A stretch of 63,427 nt of DNA, the filler included, from Welwitschia mirabilis (taxonomy: Eukaryota), in assembly GCA_051453625.1 (NCBI GenBank). It is 7 parts of one record of this genome, joined end to end, with 100 filler letters (N's around TTAATTAATTAA, not from the genome) between each part and the next. Parts side by side here need not be neighbours in the genome. Positions count along the whole stretch, not along the records: positions 7,144 to 27,763 come from JBOZIK010000001.1; positions 27,864 to 33,306 come from JBOZIK010000001.1; positions 33,407 to 41,482 come from JBOZIK010000001.1; 4 more parts are not named here. One strand, written 5' to 3'. Positions 26,157-39,944 of the stretch are shown in pieces. The translations under genes and the position numbers were made by a program. Within the stretch, counting starts at the first letter, position 1. Each line of letters opens with the position of its first letter. Below the pieces are notes generated by a model, which saw nothing but the letters and a program-made list of their open reading frames with translations, had not been told where the DNA came from and searched no databases.

Positions 26157-29100
26157 TGCTACAAGAAATATAGGCTTAAAAGGCCTTTANNNNNNNNNNN
26201 NNNNNNNNNNNNNNNNNCCTTAAAAGCCTATGTGTTTTTAAGGTATTTAAATAAAAACACCTTAATAAGTCTTTTGAGGCATTGGTTTAACTCAAGAAAA
26301 AAAATTACATAAAATTTTGCAGTATCTCATCTTCTACTTTGCATTCTTCCTCAATGTTCATATCATCATCGTCAAAATTAAACTCATTCAATAGACTATT
26401 AGGAGATTCATGAATTATAGATCTCTTTAAATTTAGGGAATCAACTAAATGGAATTAAGATATCTTAAACAGATTGAACAAAATCAATGAAATCAATTCA
26501 ATGAAAACTCTACTATAATCTTAAACTCTAATATATATTAAATAATGGGTTTTAAAATTTTTTATATTTTATTTTTTGAGAGCGCTCTAATTAAATTTTG
26601 GTTTGTAGTATTTTCTTATTTGTTACTTTTTGGTTAAGCTAAATGATCATGAAATGTAATAGGTAATGACCAAAATCTTAACCTTAGCATTCCTAATATC
26701 CTTCTCTTTAATCCAAATTAGAATACAAAATTTTAAATTAAAATAGTGTTTCAAGTCACACTGATAACTAGATAACTAAAATATGATGGTGTAACTTTAT
26801 AATATGATGATACCTCTTCAAGCTAATGGAAGGCATGATACATACCTCTAAATATTTTTGAGAAAATTACATACCAAATCTAAGTATCCATAAAATAGAC
26901 CTACATGAAGAACTTGATTATAAAATTATTTGGAAGGCCCATTAACATTAAGATAGTATTATCTCATTAGCTAGGCCAAGTAAAATTAGATACGCTAGGA
27001 TGGTAAAGTAGCAATCTAGTATTATTGGAATCTAGAGAGAAATTAATGCAATAATGTATCAATTAAAGACCAAAAAAATAAGTAGCATGAAATAATATGC
27101 AGACCTACAGATTACTAAACATTTGAATCTATTAAGAAACTTAAGAATAAAAAATCCCTGGGAATCCTAACTAGTTAAACAAAAACTACAGTACAAGATA
27201 GTGCATAAAAAAGAACAAAATCCTATAAAGGATGGAACTCCTTAAGCTACTTAAAATTTTATGAGGATTTCACCCATACCTTGGTTAAGTGTATGCCATT
27301 TTNNNNNNNNNNNNNNNNNNNNNNNNNNNNNNNNNNNNNNNNNNNNNNNNNNNNNNNNNNNNNNNNNNNNNNNNNNNNNNNNNNNNNNNNNNNNNNNNNN
27401 NNTGCAACAACGTATCAATTAAAGACCAAAAAAATAAGTAGCATGAAATGATATGTAGACCTACAGATTACTAACGATTTGAATCTATTAAGAAACTTAA
27501 GAATAAAAAATCCCTGGGAATCCTAACTAGCTAAACAAAAACTATAGTACAAGATATTGCATACAAAAGAACAAAATCCTATAGAGGATGGAAATCCTTA
27601 AGCTATTTAAAATTTTATGAGGATTTCACCCATACCTTAGTCAAGTATATTCCATTTTGTTTTGATGTTTAATAAAGGAAAAATTGATCATTAGAAGATG
27701 ACAATCACATATAAGATAAACACTTAACAAAAATGCATTCCTAATTGAATATCCTTTAAAAGTNNNNNNNNNNNNNNNNNNNNNNNNNNNNNNNNNNNNN
27801 NNNNNNNTTAATTAATTAANNNNNNNNNNNNNNNNNNNNNNNNNNNNNNNNNNNNNNNNNNNNATATGTTCTACTTGAGTAGCAGTAATTTTTACATATT
27901 TTCCATGAAACCATTTTTTTTACAAATGTCACAGCATATCCAAGACTCATCAGAAGCATAATTTTTACCATAAGCACCACATAATATATCATCATGTTCA
28001 TCATTTTCTTCTTAATCTGCTGAATCATCTTCATCTTTAGGAGGTGGTAACTTTGGTGTTTTAGTTTGTGATTCAGAAGCTCATCATCCAGATTTATTCT
28101 TACTACTACTATTTTTAGCAATAAATGACTTTTCCTTTGATTGTTTCTTTGCAACACTAGTTATGACCTTAAAAATAGTTGGAAGGTCATTAATCATGTT
28201 AAAGAGCTACCTCCTGTCATTCTTCTTAAACCTAAATCTTGCTCTAAAATAAAATGTAATAGTAAGAAACCATGCATTATTGTGAACAGTAACCAAAGAT
28301 AATCAATCTTTTTCTTACATCCCATCTCTTGCAAATTTAATTTCCAAAGTAGGCTTAGGGATCTTAGAAGGTACTTCCTGAGTAGGAAGATTAACTTTGC
28401 AAGATTCATCTTGAAAATCATAAAGACATAATTTTTTTTTGGATTGCATTACTGGAAAAACTCATTACATCATTGGTAAGTGCCTTAATAATGCCTACTC
28501 TTCAGCCTCTATAATCCTTAATAACTTCCTAAACAATGCATGGACTATACTATCTAGAGCCTCCTCCTTTTATGGATTCCTTATGCTGTAGAATCTACTT
28601 GATAATTCTCTAATCTATTGTTTCCTCGTTCACGAGAATTGGATAGATGAGGATAAAAAATATTTTAGCTTTAAGCTCTAGCAACTCTAGATACCTGGTG
28701 AAGCGTATGCTTGTTTAGTTTATGTTATGAGCCTTTTTAATAAGATAATACAAACTTCTGATCACAACCTGACTTTGCGCCTTTATTAACTTCAAAAACT
28801 CCATATGTGCCTTTTATAAATAAAAAAAATCCTCTATTAATTTCAAAAATCATTCCTATTTTATTTCATGAATGCATGCAGATCTTGGCCTTTTTTTCTC
28901 TCTAATAGTATTTGTAATAAGACAAGTATTACCCTAAATTCAATGAAATAGAGGTTATCTTATATTAATAAAATAGAGGAAAGTTATGTGCCTTTTATGA
29001 TGTGTCAGTGTTTAAGAGGAGGAAACTCAAATAAAAATTTTAATTTATTACTAAAACATTATACAAGAGTAAATGAAATCATATTTCTTTAGAAGAATCT

Positions 29101-30034
29101 AAACTAACTCCATGAAAACACTAGATTATCCAAGATCCTACAAGAAAATGACAAAAGAAATAGAAAACAAAGTAGATTTNNNNNNNNNNNNNNNNNNNNN
29201 NNNNNNNNNNNNNNNNNNNNNNNNNNNNNNNNNNNNNNNNNNNNNNNNNNNNNNNNNNNNNNNNNNNNNNNNNNNNNNNTACAAGAAAATGACAAAAGAA
29301 ATAGAAAACAAAGTAGATTTTCAAATTATAAAGCTCTTACCTAGGGTTTTAATGATACAAAATCTTCCTTTAATCACATAAAGACAACTGAACCCTAGCA
29401 ATTTACCTACTTGCAAAGAATGTATCTTTGAATAACAAATGAATTTACCTGTAGAAGATCTGAAAATTGAAAACCTCCTAGAGATGCCAAACAACTATCT
29501 TAAATTGTAAATTGATAATAATTGAAGGACATTGTGAAGACCTATGTTCATATAAGTTAAGTAAAAAAAAGAATCAAGCTTTTTCCAAGGAATGAAAGAA
29601 AGCAGAGAAGAAAAAGAGATGACATATTTAATAGGTCATTTGTTTGATGAGAAAAATCACCTCATTGAAGCAATCATGCCAGATTTTGAAATGCCTCTAT
29701 GCACAAGGGTTTTATTTTTGGGAATGCACAAAAATTAGTTTTACAAGTAAACCAAGCATTTATGGCATTTATTAATTAAACTCCTTAAAATACATGGGAA
29801 TTTATGATGTTTCTTTGATTAAATTTCTTAAAAGATCAAAAGCATTTAAGTCATTTTTTATAAATGCCTTAAAAATCTTCGACAGGGGCTTTAAGGTGTT
29901 TATTCAAAAAACACTTTAAAAAGATTACAAATTTCTTTTTCAAACACGTTTATTAAAATGAATGCATTAAAATGGCTAATAATTAAGGTATTTATTTAAA
30001 TAAACACCTTAAAAGCCTCTATTTCTTATAGTTG
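26157..30034. mobile_element. Non-autonomous CACTA (En/Spm)-like DNA transposon carrying a captured gene copy
   Basis: Inverted termini CTACAAGAAATATAGGCTT (26159-26177) and AAGCCTCTATTTCTTATAG (30013-30031) match at 17/19 and resemble the CACTACAAGAAA consensus. Subterminal AAACACCTTAA/TTAAGGTRTTT repeats occur at both ends. Possible TTG TSD. Spans one scaffold spacer. Confidence 0.68.
27864..28573 (-). pseudogene. Processed (intronless) pseudogene of an Alfin-like PAL/DUF3594 + PHD finger protein; C-terminus lost in the gap
   Basis: Manual translation gives (ATG>ATA)KGGGS..YSP..EVIKDYRG*RVGIIKALTND..LCLY..VNLPTQEVP..INFARDGM-like..[73 protein letters not shown]. It has stops and frameshifts and no introns. 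Confidence 0.93.
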
Positions 30035-31384
30035 TTGTGTAGGAAATGTCTCAAGGAGTGAGGTGTAAATAAGTTAATGTTGGATGCTTTCTGTGTGTGA
30101 TTACATTTGAAAACATTATGTATCATTGAGCTTATATAGGAGTTAATCCTTGTGATTTTGCATTTAAGAGATTATGTACTTGAGTTTTTATGTGATGTTT
30201 TAAAAATAAATACTGAATTTGCATCTTTATTTTCTAGCTATTAGAAATGTATGAATTAATTGTGAATTAAGAAATTATTATGAACAATTTAAAATGCAAG
30301 AAAATTTCTTTGAGTATTTTGATTTCTATTAAGTAATAAATTTCTTCAAATATAGTCTATATTTCTTTTAACTCTTATAAGATTTTCAAGGATATTTAAG
30401 AGGATTTCATAAGAGATTAAGAAATTTTGGAATACTACTAATGTTCTAGTTTTTAAAAAACTTAGAAATACTTAGAGGGATGATGTTCAAATAGATAATT
30501 AATTTCATAAGATTAACATGTAGGCATCCCTTTAAATTATATTAGTTGTAATAACTCTTAAGATTAAGAGAGATTAAATAAAAATTATGTTTAACATTAT
30601 TAAGATCCAAACTCAAAACCTTTCTACTCTCACCTTATTATTAACCTGATAACCAGTTAGTTAGACATTATGAACTAATTAAAAAGGAGAATAGGTTGTA
30701 TCCAAGTTATTAAGATCACTTAGTTATTTAGGCATGCTAATTGCTATGTCCTCTAATTGTAACTTTCAACAAGCCATGTTCTTTCTTTCCTTCTTGCCCT
30801 CTTCTTAGCAGCACTAGTTTTAAAACTATAATCTAGGGACAATGTTATTTTATTAGTGCTCCTTATTTCCTCTCTTATGATTCTTCTTGTTCCTTTCTAT
30901 GGTGCTCTAAATCCTTATGTGCTGATATTTTGCTTTAAGATGCATTATGATGCTATTCCTATGTGCATGTATTCAATTTAGTTAGCAATGCATTTAACCC
31001 CAGTCTTTCATAACTTTAAAGTTATTTATGTCACTGTGAAAAGAATTCTGCTATGGAAAATAGAGTCTTTACAAGAAAAGGATTAGTTCATTTTCCAAAT
31101 TAAGGAATTCATTTTCATGCTGTCTCTAAGAAATCCCCAAGCATTGGTAATCCTAGTGGTTCTCTTGATTCTGTTGATATATAGTGTCTTCTATTTAATG
31201 CTTTCCTTACTAAGTAAAATTTGTTTTCATTAATCTATCCTTCCTTCCTTATATTTATGTAATTTCTTGATTCATCCTCATGTAAGTTTTTTTGCCTCAC
31301 TGTCTATTCTACAATAGGCCTCCACTAGCCACCTCCTTCCCTAAACATAATGCCGTTATTTTCTCTCTCATGTGTAAGTTCTAT

Positions 31385-31386
<2 letters not shown>

Positions 31387-31414
<28 letters not shown>
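31387..31414. repeat. (CT)n microsatellite
   Basis: About 14 CT units. Confidence 0.95.
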
Positions 31415-31418
<4 letters not shown>

Positions 31419-31784
31419 CTGCATGATCTAAAGCCTCTAATTCCTCCATCATGTTAACTTGCTAGATAAGCGGTATCCCATGAAAGGGAGATAACGCCTA
31501 TGAAACCCTAGTCCTTCAATAATACTCAAGGAAAATGTATGATAAAACACCTTCAAAATGACTTTCAGAAATATATATATTTTAGAAGAGAAGTCTAAAT
31601 CCTTTTTAATGGAATAAGATGTGCAGTTAAAAAAGGTTAAGATAAAGTATGAGTTGGATATTAAGAAGAGTTAAAAATCTAGAGGTTCCTCTTTCAAATC
31701 CTTATGATGACTTATTTAATTAATTTTAATTACTAGATAGTGTTCATTTCACCTATGGTTAATTTATAGTCTAGAATCCCTACC

Positions 31785-32082
31785 TAATATCTGAAATTCT
31801 TCATCTTTATCATGGTAATATTTGTGGAGAACACTTTAATAGACATAAAATAGCTATAAAATTCTCCATTATAGTTTTTATTAGCCTACTTATTTTTAGG
31901 ATTCTTTTGATTTTGCTAGAAGATCTGATCCTTATTAATATTATGATAGCCTTGTTCATTCTTAAGAAATGCTTCTTAGATCTATTCTTGAATGTAAACC
32001 ATTTGATTATTGGGATATTAATTTTATAGGCCTTATTAATCCACATTTTTCTAATAACCATTACATTTTAGGGGCTATAGAT
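31785..32082 (+). pseudogene. Ty3/gypsy integrase fragment (HHCC region and start of core)
   Basis: EILHLYHGNICGEHF...Y*PT...DSFDFARR and ILECKPFDYWDINFIG...HYILGAID. Confidence 0.85.
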
Positions 32083-32182
32083 NNNNNNNNNNNNNNNNNN
32101 NNNNNNNNNNNNNNNNNNNNNNNNNNNNNNNNNNNNNNNNNNNNNNNNNNNNNNNNNNNNNNNNNNNNNNNNNNNNNNNNNN

Positions 32183-33306
32183 AAAATTATTAAATTAATA
32201 AATATTGAAATTATTTATGCTATAGCTGATAGTGAATGGGTTAGCCCTTTGACAATAGTGCCTAAGAAATGTGGAAAATGGAGGATGTGCATTGATTTTA
32301 AAAAATTAAATGAAGTAATTAAGAAAGACCATTATCCTTTAATTTTTCTTAATTAAATACTTGATAGAATCCAAGGACATGCTTTTTATTATTTTCTTTA
32401 TGGGTATAAGGATTACAATCAGTTTTGTATTGCTAGTGAGGTTTATGCTAAAATTACTTTTACTTCACTTTTTAAAACTTTTACTTTTAGATTCATGTAT
32501 TTTGGAGTTTTTAATTCTCCTAGTACTTTTTAACATGCAATGATGAGTGCTTTTTCTAATATATTAGATGATTTAATAGAAAGTTATATAGATCATTTCT
32601 CAAGCTATGGTAAAATCTTTGAACAAAATCTTTAAAAGGTTAGATAAAGGACTTGATATATGTATTACTAGTGGCCTATGTTTGAGTTGGAAGAAATGTT
32701 TTAATNNNNNNNNNNNNNNNNNNNNNNNNNNNNNNNNNNNNNNNNNNNNNNNNNNNNNNNNNNNNNNNNNNNNNNNNNNNNNNNNNNNNNNNNNNNNNNN
32801 NNNNNNNNNNNNNNNNNNNNNNNNNNNNNATTTTGGATTTATTGTCTTTTTATTTATAATTATGAAAAATGTGTAAATTACTTTACTTGTTACTTTAAAA
32901 AAGAAGCTAAATTTCATTAAAATGAATCTTATTAGATTGATTTTAATACAGTTAAAGATAAAATATCTTTTACTCCTAGTGTAACAGGACTCAATTGGAA
33001 TAAAGATTTTGAGTTAATATGTGATGCTAGTAATATTATTGTAGGTGGGGTGCTTGATCAAAAATATAAAAATGATTTTAAGATTATATCTTATCATAGA
33101 AAAACTTTGTCTAAAGCTTAAATAAATTATGCTACTATAGAAAAAGAAATATTAGTGATTATTTTTTACCTTTATACCCTTAAACATTATCTTTTAGGCT
33201 TTTATACAAATGTTTATATTGACCATGCAATAATTAGATACCTAATGACTAAGAAAGATTCTAGTGCTAGACTGATTAGATGGATCCTCTTTATGAAAGA
33301 ATTTAA
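32183..33306 (+). pseudogene. Ty3/gypsy RT and RNase H fragment
   Basis: IADSEWVSPLTIVPKKCGKWRMCIDFKKLNE..KDHYPL, FELICDASN, NYATIEKEIL, YIDHAIIRYLMTKKDSSARLIRW. Confidence 0.9.
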
Positions 33307-33469
33307 NNNNNNNNNNNNNNNNNNNNNNNNNNNNNNNNNNNNNNNNNNNNTTAATTAATTAANNNNNNNNNNNNNNNNNNNNNNNNNNNNNNNNNNNNNN
33401 NNNNNNCTAGTTAAAATTTTATTTAGTAGAACTCATTTACCCCTCCTCCCTAAGATTAATAATCCTCAA

Positions 33470-34110
33470 TAATAGAAATTTTGATTTATGTAACCAATAT
33501 TAGACAAAACATATCATATGATATTGGTGTGTTATCAAGATATCTTCATGTGTCTAAGGTTACTTATTTAAACATTGTAAAGAAAGTATTGAAATACCTA
33601 AAAAAGATAAAATATTTAGATCTTACTTATAACAAAAACTCTCAATTTGTCCTTAGGACATACTTTGCCTTAAATTTCATCAGATAAACTAATATCCCAT
33701 TACCAATAGCAGGGTATATAATTTTCTTAGGAACATTACCTCTGTCTTAGAAATCAAAGCATCAAAAACGTGTAGCATAATCTTTTGATGAATCTAAATA
33801 CATAGTTACTTTTAAATCATGTAGAGAAATCAAATGGATAATAAAATTATTGGAAGCAGTAAACCTAAAACAAAATAAGGCAACAAAACTCTTCATTAAT
33901 AATAAATTAGTAATTTACATAGCAAAAGATCCATTACACTATGATAGGATAAAACAGTTTTTTGTTGGAATTCACAAAATTATAAAACTTATATATAATA
34001 AAATTATTACACCAATATACGATTTGACTATAAAAAAAGCTACTAATATCCTTATAAAATCACCTAGTTAAGAGAATTCTAATCCAAGATTAGATTGATA
34101 ATGCATTGAT
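33470..34110 (+). pseudogene. Ty1/copia RT C-terminus and RNase H fragment (a different element from 7734-14674)
   Basis: LIYVTNIRQNISYDIGVLSRYL..VKKVLKYLK, S*KSKHQKRVA*S..ESKYI, LFINNKLVIYIAKDPLHYDRIK. Confidence 0.85.
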
Positions 34111-34779
34111 TCAAACTTATGTNNNNNNNNNNNNNNNNNNNNNNNNNNNNNNNNNNNNNNNNNNNNNNNNNNNNNNNNNNNNNNNNNNNNNNNNNNNNNN
34201 NNNNNACAATTATGGTCTAGTAACATGGGATATATAGCACATATTTTGGCCTAGCATTATGAGATGTGTAAGGCATATAATAATCCTATTTACTATGCAA
34301 TGGGATGTATAGTAGTAAATTGACTACTTTTTTAACAAAGTAGTTTTCTAACATGATAACTCCTTTCTGAAGATTTTATTATAGGTTGTATTTCCAATCT
34401 CTTCCCCTAGGAACTTTGATTTTTTTCTTGAAAGAGAGTTTATTTCTATGTTAAGGTGGAATTTACTAAGGTTTGTGTACATCATGGTTATACACCTAGG
34501 GATATGTGAAAATCTTAATTATGTTCTTCCATTTATAAGCAATCTCTTTAATAAAATAATGGATGAGGAGAACTAAAATCTACTTTGCGAAAATCTTATG
34601 CTCTTTTTTTTGGACTCTCTTCTTTCCTAGCAAGTTTTTCCCTCTTTCTCCCAAAGTCAAATTTTATTTCTCTTTATTCATTATTTCATTGAAGAGATTG
34701 CTTATAAAAATAAGCACACCATTAGGGTTTTCACATATCCTTAAGAATGAGATCATAGTGTGCATAAACGTTAGCATTC

Positions 34780-35885
34780 TTCTCCTCTTGCATTCCCGTG
34801 CATAGGTACTTCATCACCCTTGTAATGCCCTTAAAATAGATAAAAATGGACGAAAAGATAACTGAAAATGAAANNNNNNNNNNNNNNNNNNNNNNNNNNN
34901 NNNNNNNNNNNNNNNNNNNNNNNNNNNNNNNNNNNNNNNNNNNNNNNNNNNNNNNNNNNNNNNNNNNNNNNNNAAATAGATAAAAATGGAAGAAAAGATA
35001 ACTGAAAATGAAATTTGAAAGGGAATAAGAGGCTGAAAATGGATGTTATAATACTAAAATATGAGAATGAAGAATGTGGAAATCTTTCAAAGTTAATATA
35101 AAGAGAAGGTGAGCCTAGGAGTGAAGAAATATGAGATACATAAGGTAGAAAATCTCTTCCCAATGCTTGAGAACGGCTTAAATCACATCAAAATGGCATA
35201 AAAATGGTAGAGTAAGGTTATTATTTAAGTTTATACATTTATTAAGATCTTTAAATTATACTTATATCAGTTTTAGGGTAAAAAAAGTTGCTAAAACCAT
35301 TACATTTTGACATGTGATTTATGAGATGTTATGGAAACTATAATATGATATTTTAACACCAATTTACTCATGAAAATGATGCTGCAACATCATAGTAGTT
35401 TGAAAAAGTAGCTATCCTAACTTTCAAAATACATATTAACTCATTTTTTTTTCCTTATAGCTAATATTATATGACAACATTAGATTTGACTAAAAAATGA
35501 CTAGAAATTACAAATTCTAGCTCTTAGAATGCAAATTTTGAAGGTGTTAATGTCTTAAAAGTCTTTGATCTCATCTAATATCATGCATCTAGTGTCAAAA
35601 TGAGTTCAAATCATCACATCAGAAAGTGAATGAGATATGATAATAGAAAATAGGCTACGAATCATTTATAGAGCTACTAGATTGAAGTAGTTCTTCATGA
35701 TCTACATTTTCACCCTTGATTTGTATCTCCTGTTCACAAGTATGATGAAAATCATTAAAAAGGATAATAATGAATTATTTTAAACTCATAGAGTATTCAA
35801 TTTTCTATCACTTAAAAAGTACAAAATACCTTTAAAAGCAGTATTGAAGTCTATAACATAATGCAAAATAATAACTATTAATGCA
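34780..35885. repeat. Diverged ~1-kb repeat, probably LTR-derived; second copy at ~39945-40885
   Basis: Colinear similarity, for example GTACTTCATCACCC...GATAAAAATGG and TCATGCATCTAGTGTCAAAATGAGTT in both copies. Confidence 0.75.
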
Positions 35886-38800
35886 CTATTTCACCAAAGA
35901 TTTAGGCTTCATTATACCCTCTGACTAGTATTCTTTGTATGTATCATGCAAGTGATGATGATAAGAGGAATGAAGCCTAAAAATAATTAAGATGTTTACA
36001 TCTCAAGTGAATGGTTATGTATCTGAATGCTAATCTATAAATAAAGCAACTTAGAAAGTAATAGNNNNNNNNNNNNNNNNNNNNNNNNNNNNNNNNNNNN
36101 NNNNNNNNNNNNNNNNNNNNNNNNNNNNNNNNNNNNNNNNNNNNNNNNNNNNNNNNNNNNNNNNNNNNNNNNNNNNNNNNNNNNNNNNNNNNNNNNNNNN
36201 NNNNNNNNNNNNNNNNNNNNNNNNNNNNNNNNNNNNNNNNNNNNNNNNNNNNNNNNNNNNNNNNNNNNNNNNNNNNNNNNNNNNNNNNNNNNNNNNNNNN
36301 NNNNNNNNNNNNNNNNNNNNNNNNNNNNNNNNNNNNNNNNNNNNNNNNNNNNNNNNNNNNNNNNNNNNNNNNNNNNNNNNNNNNNNNNNNNNNNNNNNNN
36401 NNNNNNNNNNNNNNNNNNNNNNNNNNNNNNNNNNNNNNNNNNNNNNNNNNNNNNNNNNNNNNNNNNNNNNNNNNNNNNNNNNNNNNNNNNNNNNNNNNNN
36501 NNNNNNNNNNNNNNNNNNNNNNNNNNNNNNNNNNNNNNNNNNNNNNNNNNNNNNNNAAAACATTAAAAAAAACATTAACACAAGCTAAATGAAATGAAAA
36601 TATACTCAAATATCAAATCAAAAAATAGTGTAATAGAGATATTAAATCACATAAATTTTACAAAACATGCATTATGATAAAAAATGATCAAGTATTAAAT
36701 ACAAAATATTGATAAAGATAGAGGTTTAAAACTTAAGAAACAACTAATTATATGTACAACTTAAATGAAAACTAGGATTTTAAGGTGAAAAATACATAGC
36801 TTGGCCATAATTCATTATAAAAAATAAAAATGANNNNNNNNNNNNNNNNNNNNNNNNNNNNNNNNNNNNNNNNNNNNNNNNNNNNNNNNNNNNNNNNNNN
36901 NNNNNNNNNNNNNNNNNNNNNNNNNNNNNNNNNNNNNNNNNNNNNNNNNNNNNNNNNNNNNNNNNNNNNNNNNNNNNNNNNNNNNNNNNNNNNNNNNNNN
37001 NNNNNNNNNNNNNNNNNNNNNNNNNNNNNNNNNNNNNNNNNNNNNNNNNNNNNNNNNNNNNNNNNNNNNNNNNNNNNNNNNNNNNNNNNNNNNNNNNNNN
37101 NNNNNNNNNNNNNNNNNNNNNNNNNNNNNNNNNNNNNNNNNNNNNNNNNNNNNNNNNNNNNNNNNNNNNNNNNNNNNNNNNNNNNNNNNNNNNNNNNNNN
37201 NNNNNNNNNNNNNNNNNNNNNNNNNNNNNNNNNNNNNNNNNNNNNNNNNNNNNNNNNNNNNNNNNNNNNNNNNNNNNNNNNNNNNNNNNNNNNNNNNNNN
37301 NNNNNNNNNNNNNNNNNNNNNNNNNNNNNNNNNNNNNNNNNNNNNNNNNNNNNNNNNNNNNNNNNNNNNNNNNNNNNNNNNNNNNNNNNNNNNNNNNNNN
37401 NNNNNNNNNNNNNNNNNNNNNNNNNNNNNNNNNNNNNNNNNNNNNNNNNNNNNNNNNNNNNNNNNNNNNNNNNNNNNNNNNNNNNNNNNNNNNNNNNNNN
37501 NNNNNNNNNNNNNNNNNNNNNNNNNNNNNNNNNNNNNNNNNNNNNNNNNNNNNNNNNNNNNNNNNNNNNNNNNNNNNNNNNNNNNNNNNNNNNNNNNNNN
37601 NNNNNNNNNNNNNNNNNNNNNNNNNNNNNNNNNNNNNNNNNNNNNNNNNNNNNAAAATAAAAATGAAAATAAAAAGATGTTTTTGGTTAGATTGCTAATT
37701 TTTGGAAAACAAACAGGAGTAGTTCCTCCCTAAAGCTCATCATAGTTCTCTTCAGCATAACTTCATGAAATAGATAGCTCCCATTTTATAATCTAAAAAA
37801 GTATTTATATTTTTAGATTTTAAAGAAATTAAAAACATAAATAACAAGATGTTTTTCATCTTTTGATTTTTTTACATTTGATCATATTTACATTTAAAAG
37901 ATAAATCAAAATAAAGGTAAACATGGAATGTATGATGAAGATGATTCATAATTATGCAAACATTAATCAATGCAAATACAAGTTTTATTCATAAATTTAT
38001 AGTATTGAAAAGGAAAAGAGATGAACAAAAGAGTAGCAAAATCTATAATGTATGCAAGTTTTTAAAGAAAAATATAATATTTCACATAAGAGTAATAAGT
38101 ATTCCTTAGTAACTATGCCAATTTGAATAAATAAAAAACTCAATTTTTAAAATAAGGAGATCATGCTTTGAGCCTTTGTAAAATAAATGTGTACTTAAGA
38201 TGATAATTCAACTAAAAGAAAAAAAATTCAAGTACAAAACATTTAAATTAAATCATAAAGAAATCTCTTAGGTAACATTGATATGTAGTAAAAGAACATG
38301 ATTATTAAACCTAAATAATACTTAACATGAATTCANNNNNNNNNNAATATTAGCTTATTAAACTATTACTTTACATAATAAAACAACTATTTCTTTCACA
38401 TGACATACAAGTAAGTGCAACACATAATTTATAATAATCATAAATGACTATATGCATAAAAATGTTATTTCATAAGATGTGAAAATGAAAATTCAATAAA
38501 ATGAAAAGAAGTAAATTTTTATAAATAGTTGCTATGATTTTAAAGATAATTTATAACTCATACAAATAAGCAAGAGAATTTAAATGGTAAAATCTACTAA
38601 AGTTATTTCATACAAAAATAATTTCCTTAAAATGTTCACTACTTAAAATTATTTAATAAAGATGTAATCAAGTAATTAAAACATCACATTTCATTTTACA
38701 TAAAAAGATAATAGTTGAAGTGCTAGATTATGCCTTTAACAAGAATTTTAGTAAATTTTGATACATTTGACTTAAAAAAATCTAATTGCTTATTGTGAAA

Positions 38801-39944
38801 TGAATTATAAATATACTAAAACATCTAAATTATGTTCTAATTTAATAGGTAATTTACAAGAACCAACATATGAATGCTTATAAAATTAAAGTAATACTTA
38901 GTTAATTTTAAGTTATTTTTGCTAGTGAAAGAGAGAAAATGGAGAGAGAAATTTAGAACAATGAACCTATAAATTATTAAAAATTCATAATACTTAAGAT
39001 ATACCCTAAAACAAGTTTTTAGAATTGAATATTGAAGACTAAGTAGAATTTATTGAAATGGATAAAAACAATTCATTTAGAAAAAACTAATAAAAATTTC
39101 AGGCGACTCCATTTTGGTTAAAAATATTAAGCCAACTATAAAACTTTAGAAAAATAAATTGAATATTCTAAATGTACTTAAAAAATCTAAAAACATATCA
39201 ATGATAACTAAAAAATTCACTATGCAAAATCAAGAAAACTATGATCTTACAATTTAGAAATGTTTCTAAGTAAAACTACAACTATGATTAAAAATGGTTG
39301 AAAATTGGGTTTTAGAGGCTGAAGTTGAATCTTGACTAATCGAGAATAAAAAATTTTTAATTATGAGAGGAATCTACTGACAAAAATGTAAAACTATGGG
39401 AGTTACAGAAAAAGAATTACAATTAAAACGAGCACTGAAATTTACTAGTCTACTTTAATTTTGTGAAGAGAATAAATAAAAGAGGGTAATTCATCCAAAA
39501 ATAGATAATTTCAATCTAAAATAAATGTATATAACATATTTACAAACCTATCTACTACTATTGGAAAGGATAAAATAGAAATTCATTATTATTTACCTTA
39601 GAAAAAAGATGGAATTATGTGAAAATGTACAAGAAAATGAGAAAAATGGAGAAAAGAAAAGAGAAGAGGAATAAAACACATAATNNNNNNNNNNNNNNNN
39701 NNNNNNNNNNNNNNNNNNNNNNNNNNNNNNNNNNNNNNCTAAATGTATAACAACCTAATTAGTACTAATTATGCAACATGCTACAAAAAGTCTAACTAAA
39801 TTGAAAGAAAATGATGAAATCAATGCATTAATTAAGTAATCAAAAGAATATAAACATAAGGAAAAGAACACTTACTAATTTCAAATGAAAAAAAAGCTAT
39901 TTTTATTAGTCTTTAATCTAATTTCTTATAATATTTAATTCCTT

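Noticed and set aside
27816-28421. ORF-track proteins 27816-28157 and 28194-28421 as novel genes
   Set aside because: They are off-frame readings of the Alfin-like pseudogene.
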